Below, piece by piece: positions 1-7,999 of a DNA stretch of 46,674 bases. This DNA comes from Candidatus Zixiibacteriota bacterium. GTDB taxonomy: Bacteria; Zixibacteria; MSB-5A5; GN15; FEB-12. The position numbers and the translations under genes are program-made. Within the stretch, counting starts at the first letter, position 1. Every line of letters starts with the position of its first letter. The DNA lies in the NCBI GenBank assembly GCA_044227335.1, contig JBGAWZ010000001.1, positions 1 to 46,674 of the forward strand. Reading direction: 5' to 3'. The notes beneath the pieces are model-generated. The model worked only from the letters and a program-made list of their open reading frames with translations. It had not been told where the DNA came from and ran no database searches.

Positions 1-140
1 GATAACAGCGTATCATTCTCGGTGGCGTTCCACGTTAGGTTGAGCGGTGAATGGCTATCGCCGACCGAATCAACAAGGTGAAAGAGTTCAGACTTGTATG
101 CGTTATTGGGCCATGTTGCGGACGTATCACACATATTCCA
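1..140. repeat. Terminal direct repeat, copy 1 (identical to 46535..46674). Overlap of a circular or circularly permuted genome assembly
   Basis: Bases 1-140 read identically to 46535-46674. The repeat lies inside one continuous minus-strand reading frame. Confidence 0.95.
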
Positions 141-2219
141 AGTCAGGAATAGATCGCTTGCCGAGTTATACTTTTCTGGCGACCAGAATATATCTGTGGC
201 CTTGAAGTAGTAACGGTTAAGGCGGATCGCCCTGACCACACGCTGAGAGTCGAGTCGAGCATAGTCATCGTAGGCGTTGCCGAAATCTGTACCCTTTATA
301 ACCAAGAACGCCGTATCCGCAGACGTAAGCCCCGAATTGTTCCCCCCGATAATCAGCGAGGTCATCCCCGCACCCTTGCCGATCACCACGTTTGGAGTGG
401 CCGACTTGTGAACATCGAGTAGGATAGTACCACCCGCGCCCTTGAGGATATTGGAATCGAGTGATGTTGTCGAATCAAAGTCTGCCGAGCCGTTACCGCC
501 ACCACCCGCAGACGACCATGAGAGATTGCCCGACCCGTCATTGACAAGCGTTTGACTTGACGACCCCTGAGCCGCGGGGAGCGTTAGGTCATAGCTTGTA
601 ATCGCCGAGGCATTACCACGAATCCGAGTGCGGCCAGACGTTGCTCCCTGAAATGCGAAATACCCACCGGGAAGCGTCTTAACCGTGTCGGCTAACACCT
701 GTGACGCCGAATCAATGCGTGACTTATTCGTACCGTCGTACATTCTGATACGACCATGGTAGGCGGCAGAGTCAAACTCGGTCAGTCCAGCGTCGGCAGA
801 TATTTGTAGTTTTCCCGATACCGTGAACTTAGTCGTATCGTTCGCGGTGTCCCTTGTCATAGTCAGCGCAACGTCCTGAGTTGGGTTTGTTGTATCAGAC
901 ACAAACTTAAACGTATTCGACTTCATCCGGGCGACAGCAGATCGGAGTGTATCAATCGTAGCTCGCCCATAATCAAATATCTTCGACCCTATCCCCGTAC
1001 CCCTGAGTGTATCAGAGTCGAACGTATGGTTTGAGGATGACCCGATAATAACGGGGACATCCGCCACCCCCCCAACATAGGTTGGATTAAGATACAGGGC
1101 AGAATCCGAATTGATTGATAGGTAGTTGCTATATCCGCGAATCCCCGACACACTATCAATGCGCTTACCGTTTCCCCAAAAACGAATGTTGTTCCCCATA
1201 TTGAGGACGTTGTTCATTTTCAAGCCACCACTATTACCGGCCCCACCAGAGGTGGTTCCACCAGTGCGCCAAATAGTATAGGTAGATGAATCGTAGATCG
1301 TCCCCATCGTATCTTGGGCCGCAGACCTAAAGTTGTAGACATACTGCGTCCCGTTGTTACGCATGACCCGCACCCAATCGGGTGTGAATATCGCCGTATC
1401 TCCCGGATGTGCGCCAGACTTAATGATATTGAGTCCCGTATCACCGCGCATGGTATATGTCGATACATCCCAGAAGCCACCAGTATACGTTGTTGAACCA
1501 ACCACATAATCAGAGTTGTCAAGCGTCTGATCTATACGAGCGTTGTCACCCGATCCGCTACCACCCGAACCAAACGTCCACGAGTTGAGGCCCGCGTCAA
1601 ATACGGGAACCGTAGAGGCCGACGGTGAACCAGTAACCGTATACCCAAATAGGTTGTTGTCGATATAATACTTAGACTTGTATGCTGAGTCAGAGCTTGC
1701 GGTTGTAACGTGGTAGAGATCACTAAACGCAAACGGGGAAGCGGTTGAATCTACTTCAGTCTTATTGATCGACTGCGCTACAATCTCCGAAGTCCCGGTA
1801 GCCGATCCGTTGACAAAGGAACCGATGACAGTAGACAGATACCCGTTGACGTTCTGTAAACCATCACCGTTGAAACTGATATAGGGGGGAAACGTAAACT
1901 CGGTACTGTTGTTGAAAAGAAACTGGCCCGATCCGCCAGTCCCGATACTCAGAGCCCCTTCAACATCTACATTGCTCTTGGCGACGATTGTCTTTTGAAA
2001 TGTCGCGGTATCTCTGAACCATGACCCGCTTGTCGGGCCGCTCAGCTTAAACTTCGCATACCCCGAAGAGTCGTAGATTTTTACAGTGTCGTTTCCATAG
2101 ATGATAATTGTGGTATCACCATGAAACCTTTTAGCGGGTGAAATGACTGCCGGGGAACCCTGCGCGAAGCATTGGACTCCGATCAGTATAAGCACCGCCG
2201 CCAACAAAAGTCTTTTCAT
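1..2219 (-). CDS. Signal-peptide-bearing tail-fibre/receptor-binding-like protein, N-terminal part. It continues across the circular junction into 46240..46534, for about 837 aa in total
   Basis: Open minus-strand frame from ATG 2219 (MKRLLLAAVLILIGVQCFAQGSP...) to the window edge. It is in frame with the MCDTSATW... ORF at the other end (2219-134 = 2085 = 695 codons). Absent from the ORF track only because it is truncated by the window start. Confidence 0.7.
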   Translation of the reverse strand, partial: MKRLLLAAVLILIGVQCFAQGSPAVISPAKRFHGDTTIIIYGNDTVKIYDSSGYAKFKLSGPTSGSWFRDTATFQKTIVAKSNVDVEGALSIGTGGSGQFLFNNSTEFTFPPYISFNGDGLQNVNGYLSTVIGSFVNGSATGTSEIVAQSINKTEVDSTASPFAFSDLYHVTTASSDSAYKSKYYIDNNLFGYTVTGSPSASTVPVFDAGLNSWTFGSGGSGSGDNARIDQTLDNSDYVVGSTTYTGGFWDVSTYTMRGDTGLNIIKSGAHPGDTAIFTPDWVRVMRNNGTQYVYNFRSAAQDTMGTIYDSSTYTIWRTGGTTSGGAGNSGGLKMNNVLNMGNNIRFWGNGKRIDSVSGIRGYSNYLSINSDSALYLNPTYVGGVADVPVIIGSSSNHTFDSDTLRGTGIGSKIFDYGRATIDTLRSAVARMKSNTFKFVSDTTNPTQDVALTMTRDTANDTTKFTVSGKLQISADAGLTEFDSAAYHGRIRMYDGTNKSRIDSASQVLADTVKTLPGGYFAFQGATSGRTRIRGNASAITSYDLTLPAAQGSSSQTLVNDGSGNLSWSSAGGGGNGSADFDSTTSLDSNILKGAGGTILLDVHKSATPNVVIGKGAGMTSLIIGGNNSGLTSADTAFLVIKGTDFGNAYDDYARLDSQRVVRAIRLNRYYFKATDIFWSPEKYNSASDLFLTWNMCDTSATWPNNAYKSELFHLVDSVGDSHSPLNLTWNATENDTLL

Positions 2220-2265
2220 AAGGTACTACGCTTTCCGGGGCCGTTCGCCCCAAAGGTGCTACGCT
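2220..2265 (-). promoter_or_regulatory. Leader element upstream of the fibre gene: direct repeat AGCGTAGCACCTT / GC hairpin GGGGCGAACGGCCCC / direct repeat AAGCGTAGTACCTT abutting the ATG
   Basis: Read on the minus strand. Same architecture as 17126..17170 upstream of the capsid gene. Confidence 0.5.
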
Positions 2266-2347
2266 ATCTCCACGCCCAATGCGTGATGGTCAAAAGAAAC
2301 AGGGCGAACAGTCCCGAATCAATATAAAGAATCGTCTTGGTTTTCAT
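2264..2347 (-). CDS. 27-aa hydrophobic micro-protein (MKTKTILYIDSGLFALFLLTITHWAWR)
   Basis: ATGA overlap with the upstream gene stop, one TM-length hydrophobic stretch. Below the ORF-track size cutoff. Confidence 0.3.
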   Translation of the reverse strand: MKTKTILYIDSGLFALFLLTITHWAWR

Positions 2348-2568
2348 TTCTCCCTCAGTAGAGTCAATATCGAATCCTGTTTGGCGACAATGATGACCGC
2401 AATACTATCCCGCGAGTTGATATATTGCTGTCGCATGGCCTTGACTCTCTCCCGATCCTTTGATTTGTCGAGCGTCAACCACGCGCACCACGCCGCGATA
2501 AACAGAAACAGGACGAGCGGCATCCACTCGAAGGTTATCCGATGGACTCTCTCCGGTTCAACTCTCAT
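2344..2568 (-). CDS. 74-aa membrane protein with an N-proximal TM segment and a charged helical tail (i-spanin/holin-like shape)
   Basis: ATG 2568 overlaps the upstream TGA (ATGA). TM segment is WMPLVLFLFIAAWCAWL. Confidence 0.5.
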   Translation of the reverse strand: MRVEPERVHRITFEWMPLVLFLFIAAWCAWLTLDKSKDRERVKAMRQQYINSRDSIAVIIVAKQDSILTLLREK

Positions 2569-2795
2569 GGGTGCGCTCCTACTTGTGTAAAGAACCACGA
2601 TACAAACGCAGGGACTACTACTCCGACAACCAGTAATATCCCGATCATCTTTGCCCGATCTATGCGGAGTTCGTCAAGTTGCTTTTTGATTCCCCCGTCT
2701 CCATCCTTACCAAAGACAGCGTCCTTGATCTGGCGAACATCGGTACGGACTTCAATCAGTGTGTCGTGGTCGCTTGAGTGTTGTTGTTCCGGCAT
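2565..2795 (-). CDS. 76-aa tail-anchored membrane protein (C-terminal TM segment MIGILLVVGVVVPAFVSWFF)
   Basis: ORF track. Charged N-terminal half followed by a single C-terminal TM segment. Confidence 0.5.
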   Translation of the reverse strand: MPEQQHSSDHDTLIEVRTDVRQIKDAVFGKDGDGGIKKQLDELRIDRAKMIGILLVVGVVVPAFVSWFFTQVGAHP

Positions 2796-2812
2796 TAGGT
2801 ATTCCCCTGTAT

Positions 2813-5800
2813 CTACTGTAATCGGTTGGATGGTTGAGGTTGAGAAGGTTGTGCGCTCCGAGCTTTTGCTAACTTTATCCGTAACTCATTCGCTTTTGCA
2901 GTATCACCAGACTTAACGGCCTGCTTAATTTCCGTCAGTAACTTGTCAATCTGAGACCTTTGCTGTACGCGCCGGTAGTTGGCTTCGGCGGCGGTATTCC
3001 CCGGTGCCGTTCTAACTGGAGAAAACGCATTGATATATGGCGACGGTCTCAATATGACGCGCCCCTTAGCATCCGTGTACGGTTCCACCGTATCGCTTAA
3101 TCCGATCACGCTCTTTTTCAAGTCGTCAATAAATCCTTGCGGCATTTCGCGTGATCCTTTGCGGAAAACGGGATCGAGCATTGTGTTGACCCAAGTTTGA
3201 AATGAAACCAACGGAACGAATTGGCGAACGGGGTTAGACACCACATTCTTAATCAAGCTCTCCTCTCCGGCTACGCCCTTCACTAAATCGTTCACTCCGT
3301 CCATATAAGACTGGTCGGAGAAATACCGGGCGGTTCCTTTTATCATGTCGCCCAACTTATCCCACTGATCGTCTGAGAGTGCTTTCGGTTGCTCGTTGAC
3401 GTAGTAATTAGTAGCCGCCGCCAAAGCGAGAGGGAAAGCAAACGGGCCAAGTTTCGTGTAGCTGTACCAGTCGTTTCCGATCTTAACGGAATATGGCGGG
3501 TGAGCATCATAGAACGCCCGTCGTTGTGATTCTCCTCGTGGCGGGGCCCATGTAACATTCCCTTGAAACGCCCAATACGCCGCGCCCGCGTAGACGGTAC
3601 TCCCGATCATAGTCTTTGCTACCTGTTGCATCTTGGCTGTGTTGCCGGGTATTGTTGCAATACCAAGCGGGGAATACTCCACCCCCATTTTCGCAATCTG
3701 AGAGGGGGTCATCACAAATCGCAAATACCACTTGATCGGCTTTATCCCCTTGATTTCCGCCTCTCTCAACCGAAGCATCTGCGCGGTAACTTGATCGGCG
3801 AATGACAGAAGATGACCTTGACCGGATTCGTTCTTCGGGTCGAGCTTGGCGCGATAGAGCCACTTTTCCGCCTGATCCCGCGCTTGCTCGTTTATCTTTT
3901 CAAGGTCAATCCCCTTGCCTTGTCTCTTAGCTGTGGCCGCTAATTCCTCTTTGATACCACCCTCAAGAAATGCTCGGACAAATTGATCCCCCGCCTCCAT
4001 TGCTCTCGTAATGAAATAAAACTCTTTGACCACCGGGGCATTGGTGGGAATATGCGAAACGTCTGGCCTCTCGGTCGCAGACTTTCCGGTAAAGGCATCC
4101 CGCGCTCTGGCTATGGCATCGGGAGCGGCATTGACTACCCCCTTGAAATACGGTCTCTGATTCGCGTAGACGGTACGCTCCCTACCAATGAGTTTCGACG
4201 CCACAGCATCCATGCCGCCAGTCAATAGAGTTGTCGCCGGTTTGGTGAGTAGTAGGTTGCTGAGGTTACCAGTGAGATTGACTATCTGAGTATTCGGACT
4301 ACTCAACAAATTGATATAGGCGATTTCATCGAGTAAGTCATTGACTTTCCATTTTTCAAAATCTCGGTATGCCTCTGTGACTTGTCGAGCGTCGCGGACA
4401 TCTACTTTCGCCATACGCGCCGCAACTGCGTCAAGATCATGTCCCGCCTTTGTGAGTTTGTCGACTATCTCAACAAAGTATGGCTGTCGCGCTTCTCCGG
4501 CGTTTATTCGATACGCACCAAGTCTCCGGCCTGCGTCGGTCGCCCATGAAGAAGCAACCGCGATATTCTGCCCCAACTGTTTCCATGTTTCTGGCGACGC
4601 CTTCCCCGACTTTTCGATTTCACCGCCAAGTCGCGTCTGTTGCATCCGGGCGGATGTAATAGCTATTTCAGCTTGCTTTGTCGCCGCTCGGTCTGCGATA
4701 ACCGCCAAAGGTTCCGAGACAGCCGCCGCCTGCTCAACCTCTTTGAAGGTAACTGGTGCGCCCTTTTTCTTTGAGAGTTCCGATTGTAGGCGAGTTGCAT
4801 AATCACCAATCACCTTTTTGGTTGCTTCGGGGGCTTCGATCTTGTCAAGGTTTATCCCCGGCGCAACCTTCTCCGGCCTTACCCCCGCTCTCATTTCCTT
4901 GCCGGTCAACTTCCCGCCGCCCTCTTTGAGGGGTGAGCGCATCATCCCCGCACCGAGGACACCTATACCAAGCGCGGCAGAAGCTACGTCTTTGCGGTCG
5001 TCATCGTTCAGCGCACTATACGCCGCCGCGCCAGTGGCTACCCCTGCGGCTCCGAGCGCGATCTTGCCCTTCCCCCCCCCCTGCGGAGATACGGCTGGTT
5101 TGGAGAGTAGGCGTTCGGCCACATATCTATTTGCAACCGACGCTCTAAGAGTAGGGATAATGCGGGGGGCATCAACAGACATACCAACGGGCGGGCCTTC
5201 TTCGATTACTCCCTTTTCGGTAAGTCTCGCCAAACTGAGGGCAAGTTCTTGTATGCGCTTGGCGTCGCGTTCTTCTATACCGAGAGACTTCCGTATACCA
5301 TCAAGTGTAATCGGTCGGTTAATTCTCGTATCGAGACGTGGCTTGTCGAGTGAAAGACCCGATATTTTCTCGTATACAAGGCGGTCTATTGGTTCACTAA
5401 GATCAACAACCGCGTCAACCTTCCCCTCCCACGGCTGTTTCACCTGCGGAGATACGGGGGCGGGTTTGCCACCCTTATCCTTCATCGCTTCGCGGAATTT
5501 CCCGCCGACTAATCCAGCCAGCCCTAAACCCGCCGCGCCAAATCCTGCCGCTTGCGCTCTTTGATCTTCATTACCCGTCAGATAGTACGCACCTGTGGCT
5601 GTGATCCCGGCAATGCCAAGTCCGATCAGTGCTTTTGAAGGTCTGCCGATTCTCCCGCCCGATGCCACAAACTCAAGGTCTGAGCGCGGGAGAGTTGACA
5701 GCTTTTCGTCCGGTATCCGGCCCATTTGCCTGATTTCAGATTGGAGTTGTTCGGTTGGGGCTTCCTTGATCGCCCGCACCTCTGGCGTGCCAGTGGTAGC

Positions 5801-6700
5801 TTTCGGTGTCCTAATCATCGGCTCCGGTGCTTCGCCTACGTCCATGCCTTGCGGAACTGTTTTCCCGCCTCTTTGAATACCTGTGGCGCGGCCAAGCTCG
5901 GAGATAGGTTCGGGGCGTGGTTCGAGTCCAGTTGGGGTAGTCTCTGTGGGGATGGTTTCACGCGGAACCTCGGCAGGCCGCATCCCTCGCCGCACAAGGC
6001 CGGTCGCGCCCTTGAGTCCACCGGCCAACACCATGCCAGTACCGAACGGCGCAAACGGGTCTCGGTTGACCGTCTCTTTGGCTTGGGCTATTTCTTCCGG
6101 CGTCATCATCAGCCCTGCGGCCTTGTCGGCCAAGTCAGCCGGAGCCGTTGTCCAATCGGGGGGATTCTCCGTACCAAGTAGGTTCTGTACGCCATGTCGG
6201 TACAATTCCCCGCCCTGCGGTAAAATGGCCTTACCGCTTTGAATCAGGCCCGTGCCTGCACTTTTGACCGCCCCGCCTACGGTTAGACCCTGTTTTTCGG
6301 GATTGACCAGTTCGTCAGCGAATCGAGCCATGCCGGTAGTTAAAAACTGTGCGCCGCCGATTCCCGCCCGGAACGCCTCGCTACCGCCGCGTCTGAGGCC
6401 GGGGCCGTATTCCCTTTCCTTCTCAATCGAAGGATCGAGAACCGTCTTTTGAATATCTTCGTCTGTCAGCCGCGCCAGTTCGCCCGCTCCGGCCACAAGT
6501 GACTTGATACCACGAACGACAGGGGCAAACATCCGAGTTGGCAAACTGCCAGTCGGTTGCCCGTAATTGGACGGCGGCGGCGTAGCGTCTGCCACGTTGC
6601 CGGAGTCAGCAGTCCGGCCCGCCGCCGATTTAAGACGTAGGTACTCGTCTCGGAGCGAACCGCCCGATTTGAGCTGGATGTATTCGTCTCTCAAAGACAT
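2813..6700 (-). CDS. Large internal virion / DNA-ejection protein (1295 aa, similar in size and position to T7 gp16)
   Basis: ATG 6700 overlaps the upstream TAA (TAATG). Two glycine-zipper TM hairpins (nt 5501..5635 and 4940..5065). It follows two Gly/Gln-rich internal-protein-like genes. No tail tube or sheath genes are present, so a tape-measure role is unlikely. Confidence 0.55.
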   Translation of the reverse strand: MSLRDEYIQLKSGGSLRDEYLRLKSAAGRTADSGNVADATPPPSNYGQPTGSLPTRMFAPVVRGIKSLVAGAGELARLTDEDIQKTVLDPSIEKEREYGPGLRRGGSEAFRAGIGGAQFLTTGMARFADELVNPEKQGLTVGGAVKSAGTGLIQSGKAILPQGGELYRHGVQNLLGTENPPDWTTAPADLADKAAGLMMTPEEIAQAKETVNRDPFAPFGTGMVLAGGLKGATGLVRRGMRPAEVPRETIPTETTPTGLEPRPEPISELGRATGIQRGGKTVPQGMDVGEAPEPMIRTPKATTGTPEVRAIKEAPTEQLQSEIRQMGRIPDEKLSTLPRSDLEFVASGGRIGRPSKALIGLGIAGITATGAYYLTGNEDQRAQAAGFGAAGLGLAGLVGGKFREAMKDKGGKPAPVSPQVKQPWEGKVDAVVDLSEPIDRLVYEKISGLSLDKPRLDTRINRPITLDGIRKSLGIEERDAKRIQELALSLARLTEKGVIEEGPPVGMSVDAPRIIPTLRASVANRYVAERLLSKPAVSPQGGGKGKIALGAAGVATGAAAYSALNDDDRKDVASAALGIGVLGAGMMRSPLKEGGGKLTGKEMRAGVRPEKVAPGINLDKIEAPEATKKVIGDYATRLQSELSKKKGAPVTFKEVEQAAAVSEPLAVIADRAATKQAEIAITSARMQQTRLGGEIEKSGKASPETWKQLGQNIAVASSWATDAGRRLGAYRINAGEARQPYFVEIVDKLTKAGHDLDAVAARMAKVDVRDARQVTEAYRDFEKWKVNDLLDEIAYINLLSSPNTQIVNLTGNLSNLLLTKPATTLLTGGMDAVASKLIGRERTVYANQRPYFKGVVNAAPDAIARARDAFTGKSATERPDVSHIPTNAPVVKEFYFITRAMEAGDQFVRAFLEGGIKEELAATAKRQGKGIDLEKINEQARDQAEKWLYRAKLDPKNESGQGHLLSFADQVTAQMLRLREAEIKGIKPIKWYLRFVMTPSQIAKMGVEYSPLGIATIPGNTAKMQQVAKTMIGSTVYAGAAYWAFQGNVTWAPPRGESQRRAFYDAHPPYSVKIGNDWYSYTKLGPFAFPLALAAATNYYVNEQPKALSDDQWDKLGDMIKGTARYFSDQSYMDGVNDLVKGVAGEESLIKNVVSNPVRQFVPLVSFQTWVNTMLDPVFRKGSREMPQGFIDDLKKSVIGLSDTVEPYTDAKGRVILRPSPYINAFSPVRTAPGNTAAEANYRRVQQRSQIDKLLTEIKQAVKSGDTAKANELRIKLAKARSAQPSQPQPSNRLQ

Positions 6701-7464
6701 TACTGGCCGTTCTTCTGCCGCCAAAGGGCGACGTAATCCTCATATTCTTGGGGGCTTAGACTCCCGTCATTTGGCGGGGGAGCTTGCCGTTTCGACCGTA
6801 GACCCTGATTGATCTGGCCCGCCAATCCCATATTCATAGCAACACCCGGCTCATCTTCCGGTGAAAGTCCAACCTCGGCGGCAATAGAATCTCTACTCAA
6901 TCCGTATTGCGGAAACATCCCCGAATACCGATCAAAAGACCCCTTCATCGTCGGAGTCTTATCCGGTTCTTGACCAGTCGCCGACCACCTATTAAAACGC
7001 CTGTCATAGTCGGACTGGATTTTCTCAGTGAAATTAGGCGGTACGCGGCCCTTATTTGCGCTTTCTTTACTCGCCGCAATCCTTCCAATCAATTCGATTG
7101 CCTTTTCCCGCTCTTCCGGCGTTTTACCGTTGGCGGCAACGTGTTCAAGGTCGGAGTTAAACTTTTCAATTTCGAGGGCAAGCCGGTCACGCGCCGTCGC
7201 GTTCCCCGCCTCTGTCGCCGCCAGTTGGCCGCGCTTAATTTCAGACTCAAGCCCGAACTGCCGCAACTTGTCGCGCTCCAAATTGTAGTTCCGCTCATCG
7301 GCCTGTTCTAATCGGCGCGACTCCAAGCCGAATCTCTGTTGAGCCATTTGGTCTGCCGCCGCCTGCCGCCGCACCAACCCTTTTTGTCTCTGCCATTCGG
7401 GTATGGCCTCAGCCGCGTAGTCAGCCGTCCGAGTCAGTTGGTCGAGGAAATCGTTCAGTGCCAT
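6700..7464 (-). CDS. Internal virion/ejection protein candidate (254 aa, coiled-coil, charged)
   Basis: ORF track. TAATG coupling on both sides. Lies between the nozzle-like gene and the giant ejection protein. Confidence 0.4.
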   Translation of the reverse strand: MALNDFLDQLTRTADYAAEAIPEWQRQKGLVRRQAAADQMAQQRFGLESRRLEQADERNYNLERDKLRQFGLESEIKRGQLAATEAGNATARDRLALEIEKFNSDLEHVAANGKTPEEREKAIELIGRIAASKESANKGRVPPNFTEKIQSDYDRRFNRWSATGQEPDKTPTMKGSFDRYSGMFPQYGLSRDSIAAEVGLSPEDEPGVAMNMGLAGQINQGLRSKRQAPPPNDGSLSPQEYEDYVALWRQKNGQ

Positions 7465-7997
7465 TATCCCCTCACTTGGGCCAAGAACATGGCGATTTCA
7501 TTTTTCAGCTTTTCGTTCTGTAGGTCGAGGTCAACACTGGCCCCGGCTTCCTGATCCAAGATGTTCCCGGTAAACTCCCCAAAGGATCGGCCCTTATCGA
7601 ACCGATTGAACCGATCCCCTTGCTCCCCAAACCTTGAAGCGTCGTGCATGATCGCCATGCGCCGGCGGCTCAGTAGACCCGTCACGTTAAGTGGATTGTT
7701 GGCGCGGGCTTCCAGTCCTCGAATAGCGGTCTTTCGGGTGTTCTTGTACGGATCGCGCTTGAGTAGTTGAGCCAGTGCGCCGACACCTTTCAGGCCGATT
7801 CCAAGTAGAGGATTGGCGGCTCCCGCCGCGTTTCCGGCTGTGTTCAATCCGCTACTCAACCCGCTTTGTGGAGCTTGGTAGTTCTGATACTCAAGCCCGC
7901 CATATTGCGGCCCGTTCATTTGGGGTTTGAAAGACGCGGTGCTTGCCAGCCCTTGTTGATCGTAATTTGTGTAGTCGTCAAACGGATTGTACCCCAT
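7464..7997 (-). CDS. Internal virion protein candidate (177 aa, Gly/Gln/Asn-rich N-terminal half)
   Basis: ORF track, low-complexity composition, position in the operon. Confidence 0.4.
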   Translation of the reverse strand: MGYNPFDDYTNYDQQGLASTASFKPQMNGPQYGGLEYQNYQAPQSGLSSGLNTAGNAAGAANPLLGIGLKGVGALAQLLKRDPYKNTRKTAIRGLEARANNPLNVTGLLSRRRMAIMHDASRFGEQGDRFNRFDKGRSFGEFTGNILDQEAGASVDLDLQNEKLKNEIAMFLAQVRG

Positions 7998-7999
7998 AG

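Noticed and set aside
1-140. Interpreting the 140-bp terminal repeat as a biological direct terminal repeat (T7-like DTR)
   Set aside because: The repeat lies within a coding sequence that reads through the junction in frame, which is typical of a circular assembly overlap. The physical ends cannot be decided from the sequence alone.
2813-6724. Calling the 1303-aa ORF a tape measure protein, and using the TTG at 6724 as its start
   Set aside because: No tail tube, sheath, assembly-chaperone frameshift or baseplate genes are present. The gene order and the TM hairpins fit podovirus ejection proteins better. ATG 6700 with its TAATG overlap is a better start than the upstream TTG.
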